DNA of 63,273 bases, filler included, from Octopus bimaculoides (Eukaryota): the NCBI RefSeq assembly GCF_001194135.2. It is 3 parts of 3 records of this genome, joined end to end, with 100 filler letters (N's around TTAATTAATTAA, not from the genome) between each part and the next. Parts side by side here need not be neighbours in the genome. Positions count along the whole stretch, not along the records: positions 1 to 26,125 come from NC_068982.1; positions 26,226 to 37,073 come from NC_068984.1; 1 more part is not named here. One strand, 5' to 3'. Below are positions 13,470-26,550 of the stretch, in pieces. Position 1 is the first letter of the stretch; every line of letters starts with the position of its first letter. The notes under the pieces are model-generated. The model saw only the letters and a program-made list of their open reading frames with translations. It had not been told where the DNA came from and searched no databases. A program made the position numbers and the translations under genes.

Positions 13470-14290
13470 CGGCTGGTATCACAAACGAACTTTATACAGC
13501 ACAGACACCAGCTGACAGACCAGATTTAACTGACAGAGTATTTAATATGAAACTTAGGGATCTGTTGCATGATATTTTGGAGAAGAATGTTTGTGGGGGG
13601 TGCAGGGTACATGTGGACTATCGAGTTTCAAAAGCATGGACTACCTCATTGTCATATGTTGTTCATATTAAAAAAAGATCCAGAGCATTATGATAAATTT
13701 GTTTATGCAGAACTTCCAAATCTACAAACACCAATTCTGTTTCAACATGTCACCAAAAGCATGCTACATGGTCCATGTGGAATAGATAAACCCAATGCAA
13801 CATGTATGGTTGATGGAAATGTAAAAAACATTTCCCTAAAGACTTTCAGGAAAATACATTACACAGTTATAATGGCTATCCACTTTACTGACATTGAAAT
13901 AATAGTTTTACATTTACAAAGTCTAATGTTGAATTAGATAATAGTTCAGTAGTACCATATTCCCCTTTCTTTTTAGTCAAATATGGACGTCATTGTAATG
14001 TAGAGATATGTGCATCTGTAAAATCAGTTAAATATATTAGCAAATATATTCATAAACATCATGATCAGGTGACAGTCAATATTAGTGGACGACAAACACA
14101 CAATGTGTCAATGCACAACAAACACACAAAGATGAAATTGAAAATTATATCAATGGCCGCTATGTATGCTCATCAGAGGCAGTCTGGAGGATTTTAGGGT
14201 TCAAATTACATGGTTCATGTCCTGCAGTCCAACAGCTTACAGTTCATTTACCAAAACAGCAATACATTTACTTTAATGACAATGATGATA
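13470..14290 (+). mobile_element. Helitron Rep (HUH endonuclease) fragment, frameshifted
   Basis: DRPDLTDRVFNMKL; MWTIEFQKHGLPHCHMLFIL (HUH motif 2); MLHGPCG; VVPYSPFLLVKYGRHCNVEICASVKSVKYISKYIHK (YxxKY motif 3); DEIENYINGRYVCSSEAVWRILGF. Confidence 0.95.
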
Positions 14291-15879
14291 TTGAACATGT
14301 TATCCATACACATGACAGGTCCACTCCCACTGAATGGATGCAAGTTAACTGGGAATCATCAGCTAACTCATTTGCACGTACATTACACAGCAAAACTTCC
14401 GCCCATCCCCCACAAAAATCACCCTTTCTTTTACATTTTTTTTTTCAACACAAACCCTACTTTTTGCTTATGAGGAATACGAATCTGCAAATAAATTGGC
14501 AAAAATCAGTATTTTTTAATTACCACCTCCACCTTCATTTTTCACTTTTTTCAGAATTTTTTTTTTCAAAATAGCTTTCTATGATGAAAAGATCATTTTA
14601 ACAAATCAAAATATTTTTGTCATTTTCATATATTTAGACAGTATCTGATTGTCATGGGTTGCTGAGCTTAATGGTATGGAGTGCTTAACCTGAGTTTGGG
14701 AGGTATGGGGTTCAATTCTCTGTAGCAATTTGCTGATCCCCTTTTTTTCCTGTTTTCTAAGGGTATTTAGCCATTCTTCTAAGTTGTTTTCACAGCTATT
14801 CTTCATTTGAGATTTACTTCGGATGAAACAGCTCTATGAGAAGAACCTTATGGTGGAAACCTTTACAAAAAATGTTAGCAATAAAAAAAATTGTGTGGTT
14901 TAAGTGACAAAGAAAAGGTGATTAAGAAATTAAAATGTTGTCTTTTTAAGAGAAAAATAATATTACTTGAACTCAAATGAAAGAGTTTATTGTGAGACAG
15001 ATATTTTGGGGAAAACCCAGCCTAAAAATATAAAGCATAAGAAAGTTATGATTTTTTGAGATTTCACGTTAATTTTTATTACACATTAATTTTTATTAAA
15101 ACTAATTACCAGTTATAATAAAAATTATTTAAAAATATATTTATTTGTAACTGATATGCTGCTATTAATCCTTTATTACATTTAGGTGCAAACAAAATTT
15201 GTAAATTTGAACAAAATCTTTATTTTAAACATATTTACAATAGTATCATGTTTTCAATAATAAAGATAAATATGATTAATTATAAGAGTAGAAGCATTGC
15301 CTGAAAAAAAAAGGGAACTAGAATGGAAAATGCAAGTGTATTGAATCTGGAAAAGTATAGAGCAAACAGTAACAGAATGAAAAATGCAGGCATAGGGTGC
15401 TAGAATATTCTTATGTGTCAAAACTGGAAAAGTACAAGACAAGAGGAAAAGAAGCTTAAAATATTTCTGTTGAAGTTAGAATTTGATAAATATATTTCTG
15501 AAATTGAGAAGTAATATTTATCACCACTTAAACACGGCTACTCTGTAGGAACTGACATAATTACTTATTTTAACCCCAAGTAAACGCCTCTGCCAACTGG
15601 TTATTCTATGCAATCTGCACCTGATATATATTACAAGCAGGAGAGTGAGCTCCTACCATCTTCCACCCAAGAGACCATATGGTTTCAGCCTCTTTGTGGT
15701 CATCCTTGGTGGTGGATACTCATCTGCTAGAGATAGTAGTAGTTCATTCCAGCTTGCAATATATAGAAAACACAGTCAATGATCTTGCAACAAGCAAATT
15801 AGCTAGTTAAGAAAATCTCTACTAAAAAGTAATTTTTATTGCCACTTCAACATGGCTGTTCCATAGGTACCAACATTAA

Positions 15880-17420
15880 TGCTTATATATATTGAGTGCA
15901 GATTGCATCGAACAACCAACTGGAATTCCATATGGATTTCCTGCCTACACTTTTTGCTTGCTTACAAGATCCTTAGTCTTTGCTAAGCTAACTTAAGGCC
16001 CTTATATTCCAGGTTTTGCTTCCACACCTGCAATTTTTCTAGCCCTCATATAGAATCTGCTATGAGGGTAAGATTATCAGCATATAGCATCTCCTGGGGG
16101 TCGGGAGATAAAGGTCTTGAATTGTTCTGTTATGTCCTGGAAGACAATGATGAATGGGAGGGGACTGAGGACTGAGCCTTGATGAATGCTTACCTGTACA
16201 CCAAATTCTTCACTGTACTTGTGGTTAACTTCCATCTTATTGATAGCATCTTTGCACATAGCCTGTACAGCTTTCACAAGCTATTCATCTACCCCAAGCC
16301 TCAGAGACCACCATATTACACTTTATGTACTCTATCAAAAGCTTTCTCTTGATCATTGAGTGCCAAGTATAAGGGTTCATTCTTGGCTAAGTACTTCTCT
16401 TGCAGTGCCTGACTATGAAAATAGCCTCAGTAGTGCTTCTCCTCAGAGTAAAGCCAAACTGCATTTCATCCAGCCTAATTCAGCTCCTTATTAACTGGGC
16501 TATAACTCTCCATAATTTTCACCATCTGGTCCAGGAGTTTGATGTTGCTATAATTGTTTCTATCTAAGGCATCTCTCTTACCCTTGAAACAGCTAACAAT
16601 AACTTTTTTACACCAGTCACTGGGTAATATACCTTCCTGAATAACCTGATTAACTATGCAGGTGACTAGCCTGTATCCTACCATACCAGATATTTTGAGT
16701 ATCTCAGCATTGATTCCTGAAGGACTAAGGGCTTTCTCTGTTTTCATATCTTTAACTGCTTTATCTACCATCTGCTGTCTACTAAGATAGCTGGTCCCTC
16801 TGTTGGGTTCACATAGGAGAGCCTCTCTTTATCCCATTCATTCTTCACTTTCAGTAGACTTGCATAGCAACTCTTCCACACCTCTTTCTTGTCCATGTCA
16901 CTGAGTGCAAGCATACCATTATCCATCTGCACACACTTCTCTCCCACAATATCTCAATTCTCTCTGACATACTGTCTAGCAATCCATGACACCTCAAGTC
17001 TCTGATCTTCATGCTGTAAGAGACTGGCAAACCTCTTCCTTTCTACTTCTGCCCTAGCTAAATAAATCTGGCATCTAGTTTCCCTTTTGGCTTGCAGATA
17101 TAATTCTTTGCTACACCTCTTTTTCATTCTTTCTAGACCCATCTCTTCTTTTTATGGTTTTGTCAACATCACTGTTCTAACACCATTAGGTTATTCACAT
17201 CACAATAGTCTTCTTCCCTCTTCATTTCAGGAACCAATTCCATGGCCCCATGTACGCCATGGAAGATATCTGGTTGCTGCCCAATATGTCCAATGAAATC
17301 AGCAGCCATGTAGATGTCATTGTCATTTGTCTTTGAGTAGCCTGCAGAAGAATATCATAAACACAGTCCTTTTGTTCATTTGGCAGACCTAGGGTTATGA
17401 CGTTTTGATTTTTTTTTTTT
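15880..17420 (-). mobile_element. RTE-clade LINE remnant (EN end plus RT)
   Basis: KALSPSGINAEILK, DWCKKVIVSCFKGKRDALDRNNYSNIKLLDQ, EEFGVQVSIHQGSVLSPLPFIIV. Heavily interrupted. Confidence 0.85.
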
Positions 17421-18277
17421 TTTTGGAAGTAAACAATTTCCTGTATCAAAAGTTGATGAACAATTTTATAAAGGTAGGGAAAATAACCTTTATTTTAAGT
17501 CTTTTTGAAAAAAACATCACCCAACTGATGATCGAAATCATGCAAAATTCTAGTGGGGTTCATAATGCCTACTCAAGTTTTTACCAAACTTGGTGTGCTG
17601 ACTCAATACAATGCAGAAGCAGTATATCTCAAATTTCAGCTTTCAAGTTTAAGTAGTTTGTTGATTCATCTCTTACAGCTGGGCAGACTTTTGGTTTACT
17701 GACCAAATGTTTAATGCACATGATTATCAGAAGTTATGTGGTAGCCTGCAAGTTCATAAAAAGGCATTGAACTCTGTAAAAACTTTTGGAGTCGAGAATC
17801 ATCAAAACTGGAAATTCCCAGAAAAAATCAGAGTGCAGAATGGGCAATCAAGTGCCTTCAAGATCTTTATGGTGTTTGTAAAAAGGAGAAACTTCAGCTT
17901 CGAATTATTTTATCTAATAAAACATATTAATTCTTTGTTATGTTTAAAAATTTGCTAACATTCAGCACCCTTTTTCATGACCTTAAGGGCTTTTAGCTCT
18001 TATTTCTAGCAATGTAGATGCTACCCTCCATCATCAGTCACAATTAGTGACAATTGAATTTTTTCTTTTTGGTTTTCTGTTGCTTATAATCACCTTCATT
18101 ATTTTAGGGCACATATAAAGGGGCCCTTTTCTAAAATACTGCAAATAATGCAGTCCCCACTGGAAAAATTGCCCAGTCTAAGAGAGATAACATACATACA
18201 AACACACAAACATGCACACACAAACACATGAATATGCAGAATACATACATATGTACACATACGCATACATACATATA

Positions 18278-19546
18278 TTGGCTCATCCCATAAATAATGT
18301 GGTTTTTTTCAATTGCATGAACTAAAACTTGGAAGGGGACCAGATAAACTACCTGCATCAGCTTGCTATAAAAGTAGGTAATAATTTTACCTTGTCCTTA
18401 TTCTTAGTGCAAGTTTTGGAGAGTGCAGTTCGATTTTAACAGTTATTTTTTTAAAGCTATAATGGAAGTGACAAAGGNNNNNNNNNNTATTTTTTTAAAG
18501 CTATAATGGAAGTGACAAAGGAGCATATTCAGCATATTTTGCTTTATGAGTTCAATAAAGGCAACAACACAACAGAAAGTATACATTAATGCAATATATG
18601 GGGATTGGAAAATAAGTGTAAGCCAGTGTCAACAGTGGTTCCAGTAATTCCAAGCCAGAAACTACCATCTAAAAGATGAGCCTCATCCAGGAAGATCTGT
18701 AGAGCTCGACGAGGATGTCCTGCAAATCCTAGTGGAATGAAATCCCATCATAACTGTTGAGGAACTAGCAGAGAAGCTTGGATTTGGTCATTCAATCATT
18801 CATTGACACTTGTGTGCCATCAGAAAAGTCAGCAAATTAGGTCAATGGATTCCTCACAAATTTTTCGAGTCTAATCATGTGCAGAGAGCGAATGTGTGCT
18901 CTTCTTTGCTGGCATGTCTTGTGAATGAACCTTTTTTGGACCAAATAGTGACTGGTGATGAGAAATGGGTTCTCTATAAAAATGTCAAGTACTGAAGACA
19001 GTGGATAGGGAAAGGAGAAACATCAGCACCCCAAGCTAAAAAAGGTCTTCACCCATGTTAAGTGTTGTTATCTATTTGGTGGGATATGAAAGGTTTAGTC
19101 CACTTTGAACTTTTAAACCCAAACCAAATGACCATCTTCGGTTTCAAGACGAAAGGTGTTCTTCCATCAGGATAATGCTTGGTCATATACAATGAGGATG
19201 ACATTCCAAGGGCTAGAACAGTTTGAATGGGAAACGGTGCCCTACCCACCATATTTGCTGGACATTGCCTCATCTGATTATCATTTATTTATTCCGCCGT
19301 CTTCAAAATCATTTTGATGGAAAAAATATGAATTCTGTAGACAAGGTCAGAATAATAATGGGGGAGTATTTTACATCGTGGGCAAGTGAATTCTGGAAGA
19401 GAGGTCTTGCAAGTCTACAAGATAGATGGAAGAGCATTGTAGAAAATGAAGGAGAGTATATTGTAGATTAAAAAAAACTCTGTTTATCTTAATTTTGAAA
19501 AATAAAAGAGGTATAAAAAAACCACATTATTTATGGGATGACCCAA
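18278..19546 (+). mobile_element. Full-length-sized defective mariner transposon with TIRs and TA TSD
   Basis: TIR TTGG(C/G)TCATCCCATAAATAATGTGGTTTTT at both ends, TA on both flanks. Transposase remnants SKLGQWIPH, FLDQIVTGDEKWVLY, VLLSIWWDMKG, SSDYHLF, GLASLQDRWKSIVENEGEYIVD. Confidence 0.95.
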
Positions 19547-20829
19547 TATACATACATACATACATACATACAAACAAGCATACATACATGCATACATACA
19601 TATGTATACACACATGTGCACAAACAAACAAAGAAAAATAAACACAGCTCTGATAACAGACATAGTCAATGACTATTGAAGACATTGCAAGAAGAAATGA
19701 AAATTTTAGAAGAGAAAAGAATAAATAAATAAATGAGTGGAAATTGAACCAGTGCATAGTAATAAAGCATCAAAACAGAATGATTCTCCCCAGACACAAC
19801 AAAACTGAATGAAAGTTCTGGGAAAACTAAAAATGAAAAATTATTCATGGTCTATTTTCCACGTTTTTGATGTTTGATCTTCAGTTGTCTCCTTCATTAT
19901 TCTATGTGTAAGAAGTGTGCTAACCACAGAGATTGATTATTAATATATATTCCTATTAAATTTGCCTGTGTGCACTTTAATAGTATTATTATATTGTTTT
20001 TATTTGTTTTATATTCATATCTTTGAGCAACCTAGCTCTTCATCAAAGAAAAGCTATTTGTATTTTTGTTTGTTGTCATACTTAAGTTCAGTACATGTGT
20101 TTTTAGTTTTCCCCTAACATTTCTTTAGTTACCTTGTACTACACATAAGTCAAAGTATGTGTGATGTTTGCTTCATTTATAGACTGAAATACTAGAGACC
20201 ATAGATCAGAAGTTTATATGCACCTATGATGCTATTGGCCAGAAGGAAACAGTTCTGTCATCTTCATGAAAATTGACAGTCATTTCATTTATATATGTTT
20301 AAATATGTTCAATACTATCTAAGCGAATAACTTTCAATATTCATAGTATAATTTTGTCAGCTTTTTTCAGCCCAGTCAATGATAAATGTTTCTGCTAGTG
20401 AGTGTGTGTGTGTGTGTGTGTTATTTAAAACAATATGATTTGGGTCCATGCAGCTTAAAAGTTTTGTGGGTCTCTAACAGAAGCTCGTCTCTTTCAGGCT
20501 TAGATTACCAAATGAAGAAATACAGGAAGTCCAAGATGGCCACCGGAAAATAGGCTGCTATTGATCAAGACTGGTCACATAGTGTTGTCAAAATAGATTC
20601 ATTTGCTCAGCAACAGCAGTTCCCCCAAATCAATTTCGACCAATTTTTTTATACTTCAAAATGATGGGAGAGTCATTTTTAGTAAAAAAATATTTTTGAA
20701 AATATTTTCAGATGAATCAGTGTGATTTAAAGGAGATTTAGCTGTTGTTTGTAGCACATCCTATGACATCTGGTACCTTCGTTGTTCCGCATCCACTGGC
20801 ACCAAGCACGTCCTTGTGTGTGTGTTTGA

Positions 20830-20862
<33 letters not shown>

Positions 20863-22886
20863 AGAAAAAGCATATTTACAAACAGAAAAGTATGCTATTC
20901 AAGAAAAAGTTGTTTAAAAATTATGATTTTTTTTCACCCCTCCCTATTTCCTTTGTTACTGTTTATAATTTAAAAATACTGGAGTGACTGAGAAGGTCAC
21001 TGCTAGGATTTATCCACAGTGATCTGAAAGAGATGTGTGAAAGATAATTTATTTTAAAAGCATACTTTTCTGTTAGTAAATATGTTTTTTCTTACATGCA
21101 CACAGATTTACTTAGTGTGGGTTAAAAATTTAAAAGTATAAAATTTTTTGTTGTTGTATAAATTTCAGCAATAGACCACACTTGGCCTAAACAAAACCCA
21201 TGGGTTACTTCTGCATCATCATTCCATAAAATGTGTTTATAGAGAGAAAAATATTGATAAACATTAGTACATGTCAGAGTGACAAAAAAACAAAGACGGT
21301 ACCAAGTGTTTGTGGGAAATGCTAGAAACAACACTTAAATCACACACCTTTACATCTGAAATATTTTCAAAAGCTTCTCCTGTTGTTTTTAAGTGCATAG
21401 TGCTCACAAAATTGGCCAAAATCAGTTCAGGGGTGTAAAAAAAAAAAAATCGAATTTTCAAAAGTTTTGTCATAAAAAAGCTTCCTTCCACCATTTCCTT
21501 GGATTTATCCAGAGTGAAAAAAAAACTGCAAAAATCACCATCAACATGGAGAAAATTCAACTTATATGGGTATCCTGATCCAAAACTTCACCAGTTACTT
21601 GTTTACAGCCATTTTTCATAGTCCATTAAAATTTTATTGAAATGGTATCATGTCCCAAAATCTCAGGATTTATTTAGTTCTATACCCACTACAAATGTGC
21701 CAAAGCCAAGTCCCTGTGGCTTGTACTTTTGGATTTAGCTAGGTCTGAAAACACATGAAAAGCTTATGCTCACATTGCAAAATCAACTGTTTGTTGCATG
21801 CAACAAAATAGGCTTCACATAAGTATTTTAAAAATTGCCAAAAAAAGTCTCATTTTCAAGAACCTAAAAGAAATAGGCAACTGCTATCCCATGGAGACTA
21901 TTAATTTGAGTAATTTGAAGGTGATTATCATCTCAATTTCCAAGCTGTAATCATAAATGAGGGCTAGATTAGGCAAGATTTCGACCAGTTCACTGACCAT
22001 TCAAATTGTCATTTTTCCTAAAATATTCATGCAAATTTCACAAATAAGGTATCAAAATGTTTCTTTTTGAATAATTTCCAAGAAAACGTACAGTAGCAGT
22101 TAGATTTAAATAGTTTCAAAACTACCTAATGTTAATGATTTGTATTTTAACAACTCCTCAGAGAGAAATGTTTTTTTAAATGAATTTTTTTAGTAAGGCA
22201 TTTTAACTTAAACAGTTTGTTTTGTAGGTAAAAATGAATATATGTATACTATAGTAGATCAGCACATGTCAGAGCTTTTAAGTGTTGGGCTCAGTTGATA
22301 CACCAGTCCAGGGCCTGGAGAAGCTTATGACTTATCACAGCCCCCTTTGAATCTTGAAAGGCTTTTCTGCCTTTCCAAATTTTTCTCAAAGGCTCTGGTT
22401 ATAGTTCATATTTATTGTAAGCGTTTTGCTGTATTTGAGCAGAACACTATTTACATCTCACAATTTATCTAACTGTTGGGAGTTGGTACCAGAATTTCTT
22501 TTAAAAATTAGCTGTAGTATCTTAACGTCCTGCTCAGAAGGATATTTCTTTTGTCTACTTAACACCTTTAGAAAGTTATGTAGGAGTAAAATTGCCTAAA
22601 TGAATATGCAGTTGGGAAAACAACTTGTGGATTTGACTTAAATTATATATAAGCTCTTAACATAACCCTGCACACATTACTGTCAAGAATATGTACCAGA
22701 TCATTTAAAAATGTTCTTAAATGTGAAGTGCTTCTTTTTCATTTCCTTATCTCCATGCAAACTGAAGCTAAGCACCAGCCCTCAAAATCTCTAAAAGATT
22801 TTTTAAGATTCCTGAGTTTAATGAAATGCTTAACTTTTTACTGTCAACAGTAATCATGAATTTATTTTTCTTTTCTATTTTCATAG

Positions 22887-23378
22887 ATACCTTATAACTG
22901 CAAATCTCTGCATCATGAGGTAGAACTGGCTGTTGTAATTGGTTCAAAAGGCAAAAATATACCAGAAGGGAAAAGTAATTCTTATGTTGATGGCTATTTT
23001 TTGGCTTTGGATATGACTGCACGAGATTTACAAGAGGAAGCTAAATCAAAGCGACAACCATGGACTATTTCAAAAGGTTTTGATACTTCTTGTCCTCTGA
23101 GTCGTTTTATTAGTACAAAAGAAATTAAAGATTCATCCTGTATAGATTTGTGGTTGAAGGTAAATGGACAGCTGCGTCAAGCTGGTAATACAAAAGATAT
23201 GATTTTTGATATCTCTCATCTTATTTCATATATAAGCAAATATTTTACTTTGGAACCTGGTGATATCATTCTCACAGGAACACCATCTGGAGTTGGTTCA
23301 GTTGAGAATGGAGATATCATTGAAGCAGGTATTGGAAATCTTGTCAAGATGACATTTTCTGTTGAAAGTGCAAAATGA
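22887..23378 (+). CDS. FAHD1: Fumarylacetoacetate hydrolase domain protein 1 (acylpyruvase / oxaloacetate decarboxylase), terminal coding exon, 163 aa plus stop
   Basis: Acceptor TTTTCTATTTTCATAG|ATA at 22886/22887, then an open frame IPYNCKSLHHEVELAVVIG...GYFLALDMTARDLQ...WTISKGFDTSCP...LWLKVNGQLRQAGNTKDMIF...TLEPGDIILTGTPSGVG...TFSVESAK*. AATAAA at 23604. The N-terminal exon(s) were not located. Confidence 0.95.
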   Translation: MPYNCKSLHHEVELAVVIGSKGKNIPEGKSNSYVDGYFLALDMTARDLQEEAKSKRQPWTISKGFDTSCPLSRFISTKEIKDSSCIDLWLKVNGQLRQAGNTKDMIFDISHLISYISKYFTLEPGDIILTGTPSGVGSVENGDIIEAGIGNLVKMTFSVESAK

Positions 23379-24002
23379 AAAGAAAATATGTGCACCGCTA
23401 TATATTATAAAATCAGTATTGTAAATTTCAATTTTGATATTAGATGATTCTAATAAATCTTTCGGGATTCTATATTCCTGAGCAACCTTTGATTTAGCTA
23501 AAAGAATTTTTTATATTTTTCCAATTTTAAATTCCCATGAATTTATTTTTGAATTGTCTTTGTTAATTTAAAACAACTTATAAGGCAGTTTTATGTACTA
23601 ATGAATAAAATCAACAAAACTTTTTGAAAATCTTTTCCTTATTGTACTGTTTTTAAAAATAACGTTTGCTAACTGGAGATGTAAATTCAAACTATCAATC
23701 ATTTTCATTTATGTTAGTAACATCTTTGAGAAAAACCTGTATGTTACAGCTTTCAGTTGTGAATATCAGTCTCAGGCATGGTACCCAAATAAGAAGCTTT
23801 ATGTATAAAACATTTTACATTCTTTTATTCTGTTAATATGGACTAAAGTTTTTTTTTAATACAAGTTCCAATTTCTTGTTTTTAGCAAGACTAATTTAGC
23901 CTAATTTAATATCATGCTTTGCAGAATTGACTGGGAAGGTATAACCAAGCAAAAAGATGTTAATAGGAAGAGACAGATACTGTCAATCATACATCATATA
24001 TG

Positions 24003-24810
24003 TACAGGATGTGATGGGTATTTTAGGATAATTAATAATATTTTACATCCCCCATAGTGGATAAAATGTTAACACCAGAAATAAAAAATCATGCAGTCAT
24101 TGTTGTCAGATATGCAGAACACAGCAAGTTAGAAATTGCCAATTTTCTAAATGTTGTAAGATCATTTGTTCACTAAATTTAGATGGAATTGGAAGCTTCT
24201 GTCAAAAATGTTTTGATTGGAACATTCTAGTCATTTGTACACTTTAAGGCTACCACAATTCACCAAGAAAATGATCCCAGAAAATCAATGAGGGTGATCA
24301 CTAAAGAGCTTTGGTGTTAGAGTGAATGACCGCTAAAACTGTAGTGCATGAGGACATTTGAAACGAGCTGTATGTGTTGAGGGAAATCTAGTCAAATCTG
24401 CAAAGACACAGGAAAACCATTTGATTTATTCCAAGTGGTTACATAACAAGGTTAAAAACTCTCCTGAATTTGGAATGCTTTGGTTTTTCTCTGATGAGAA
24501 AAACTTTGTGCAAAACCAAAAGTTTAAATGGAGAACTGAAAGATGGTTATGTACACATTCTTCTGATGTCCCCCTAAGTTTCCTACAACTCTGTTTTTGA
24601 GTGGTGAGTAAAAACAAAATCATGTCATATCACCTCACATCTTTCTTTCCAGAAGGAGTTAGAATTAATGCTGTTGGATACATTGAGGAGCTAGAGACAG
24701 TATTTAAGCCCTTGATTGATGAAGTATGCTGTGGAAGACCATATGCATTTCTAAAAAGCTTGACACCTTCTCACAAAGCTCACATCATCCAAAAATGGAT
24801 ACTTGACAGT
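24003..24810 (+). mobile_element. Degenerate Tc1/mariner-superfamily (DD37D/maT-like) transposon
   Basis: WFFSDEKNF, RWLC..SSDVP, FFPEGVRINAVGYIEELETVFKP, RPYAF..TPSHKAHIIQKW. Begins TA-CAGGATGTG. Confidence 0.75.
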
Positions 24811-25361
24811 CTTTATGTTTGTGTATGTACATATACATAAGTGGATAGGTGTACATGTGTATATATAAATATGTATATATGAATGTGTGTTTTTTGCAAC
24901 AAAATCTGTTATAGAACTAGATACTAATAGATTTAAATTTACAAATTTATGTAATTTCAGTTAGATTATTTTTTTCATGATGAAGCTCACTCTCAAAAAG
25001 TGTTTTTCTGAAAATATAAAAATTTTCAATTGCTATTTTTCATGAAATATTGAAGATATGTCAATCTGATAAAGCCTAACTATATATTTAAATGGGATTT
25101 TATTATTCTTGAAAAACTTGGTTTTATTAATGGAGTGGAAACAGTTGTAATTTATGAGAGCTGTCATTGGTTTCTATAATATAATTAAATTCAATTTATA
25201 ACTATTCAATTTATTATTTTGGTTTCCATCCCTTATTTATATTAATATACTGACAAACTGTATGTTTATTTTATCTATTTACCTATTTCCATAACATTTT
25301 TATTGATATAGGTAATAAAAATTCTTCGGATATTTAATATCCCTTAGGTGGTTATATAACA

Positions 25362-25530
25362 CCTAGCTACCCACTACACTCTCGGAGTGGTTGGCGTTAG
25401 GAAGGGCATCCAGCTGTAGAAACTCTGCCAAATCAGATTGGAGCCTGGTGTAGCCATCTGGTTCACTAGTCCTCAGTCAAATCGTCCAACCCATGGTAGC
25501 ATGGAAAGCGGACATTAATCGATGATGATG
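25362..25530 (+). mobile_element. SINE 3' part with (GAT)n tail
   Basis: Near-identical to 11815-11982. Confidence 0.85.
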
Positions 25531-26503
25531 ATATATATATATATATATTTATGTGGAGAATGGAGCAACAAATACAAGAAGAAGCAATTCGGATTTAAAC
25601 ATCCCCTGGTTGATTGGATGCTTCAGACTACCCTTGAAGGATTGAGGCAAGCCTATCATTTACCTATATATATATATATATATATATACATACAAATATT
25701 TTATATGTATATATAGATATTATATACATATACATATATATATATATATAAATTATACAAGAATAAGGGCAGGGAATCGTCAATTAGTAATAGAATTAAT
25801 AATTAACAATTTTGCCAAGTAGTTCAGTATGAAAAAAACCTTTATCGGTAAAATCATTTATCATCGTAAATATACAGGGATTAGCATTGAGTTGCTTCTC
25901 CAACATACTGAAAATTTAGAAATAGCAGTCAAAAAACTACTGATTCTAAACTACAAATTTTTCTCTAAATGGATGGCGATATTTTATGGCGCACATAGAA
26001 CAAAAAACCAGAGTGAAAAGCAAAAACAAACCTGCCTTTAGTTAATTGGATACGAACATTTTGCGGTTAAGATATTAATCTATTCCGTCTCATCAGCCCA
26101 ATATTCTGATAAATCTGAAAGTGTCNNNNNNNNNNNNNNNNNNNNNNNNNNNNNNNNNNNNNNNNNNNNTTAATTAATTAANNNNNNNNNNNNNNNNNNN
26201 NNNNNNNNNNNNNNNNNNNNNNNNNATCGAATAAATAAATCCATATATCGAATTTGAAGTCTCTGTCTCTTTTGAATATGAAAATTTAAAAGTTTAAAAA
26301 CCTTATAATATATATCGAAACGTCTAGATAGAATAGAGACAGCTGATGAAGGGATATTCCAAGTGGCTTTCCGTTTTCCTATGTGTTCGTTCCGTTGTCT
26401 GTAGTTTATTGTTCTAACGTCCTGTACCCTGATATGCATATATATACACATGTAGATGTAAGTATGTACATATATGTGTGTATACATGTATATATATTCC
26501 TTG

Positions 26504-26550
<47 letters not shown>

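Noticed and set aside
18107-18190. AHIK and NNAVPTGK peptides as the missing FAHD1 5' exon
   Set aside because: The two peptides are in different frames and there is no GRNY or FxKP motif.
18444-18521. 34 bp direct repeat within the mariner
   Set aside because: The copies flank a 10-N gap exactly, which indicates an unmerged contig overlap.
26170-26181. TTAATTAATTAA island inside N runs, also at 37118-37129
   Set aside because: The identical 12-mer, with stops in all frames, centred in two gaps is a scaffolding spacer, not biology.
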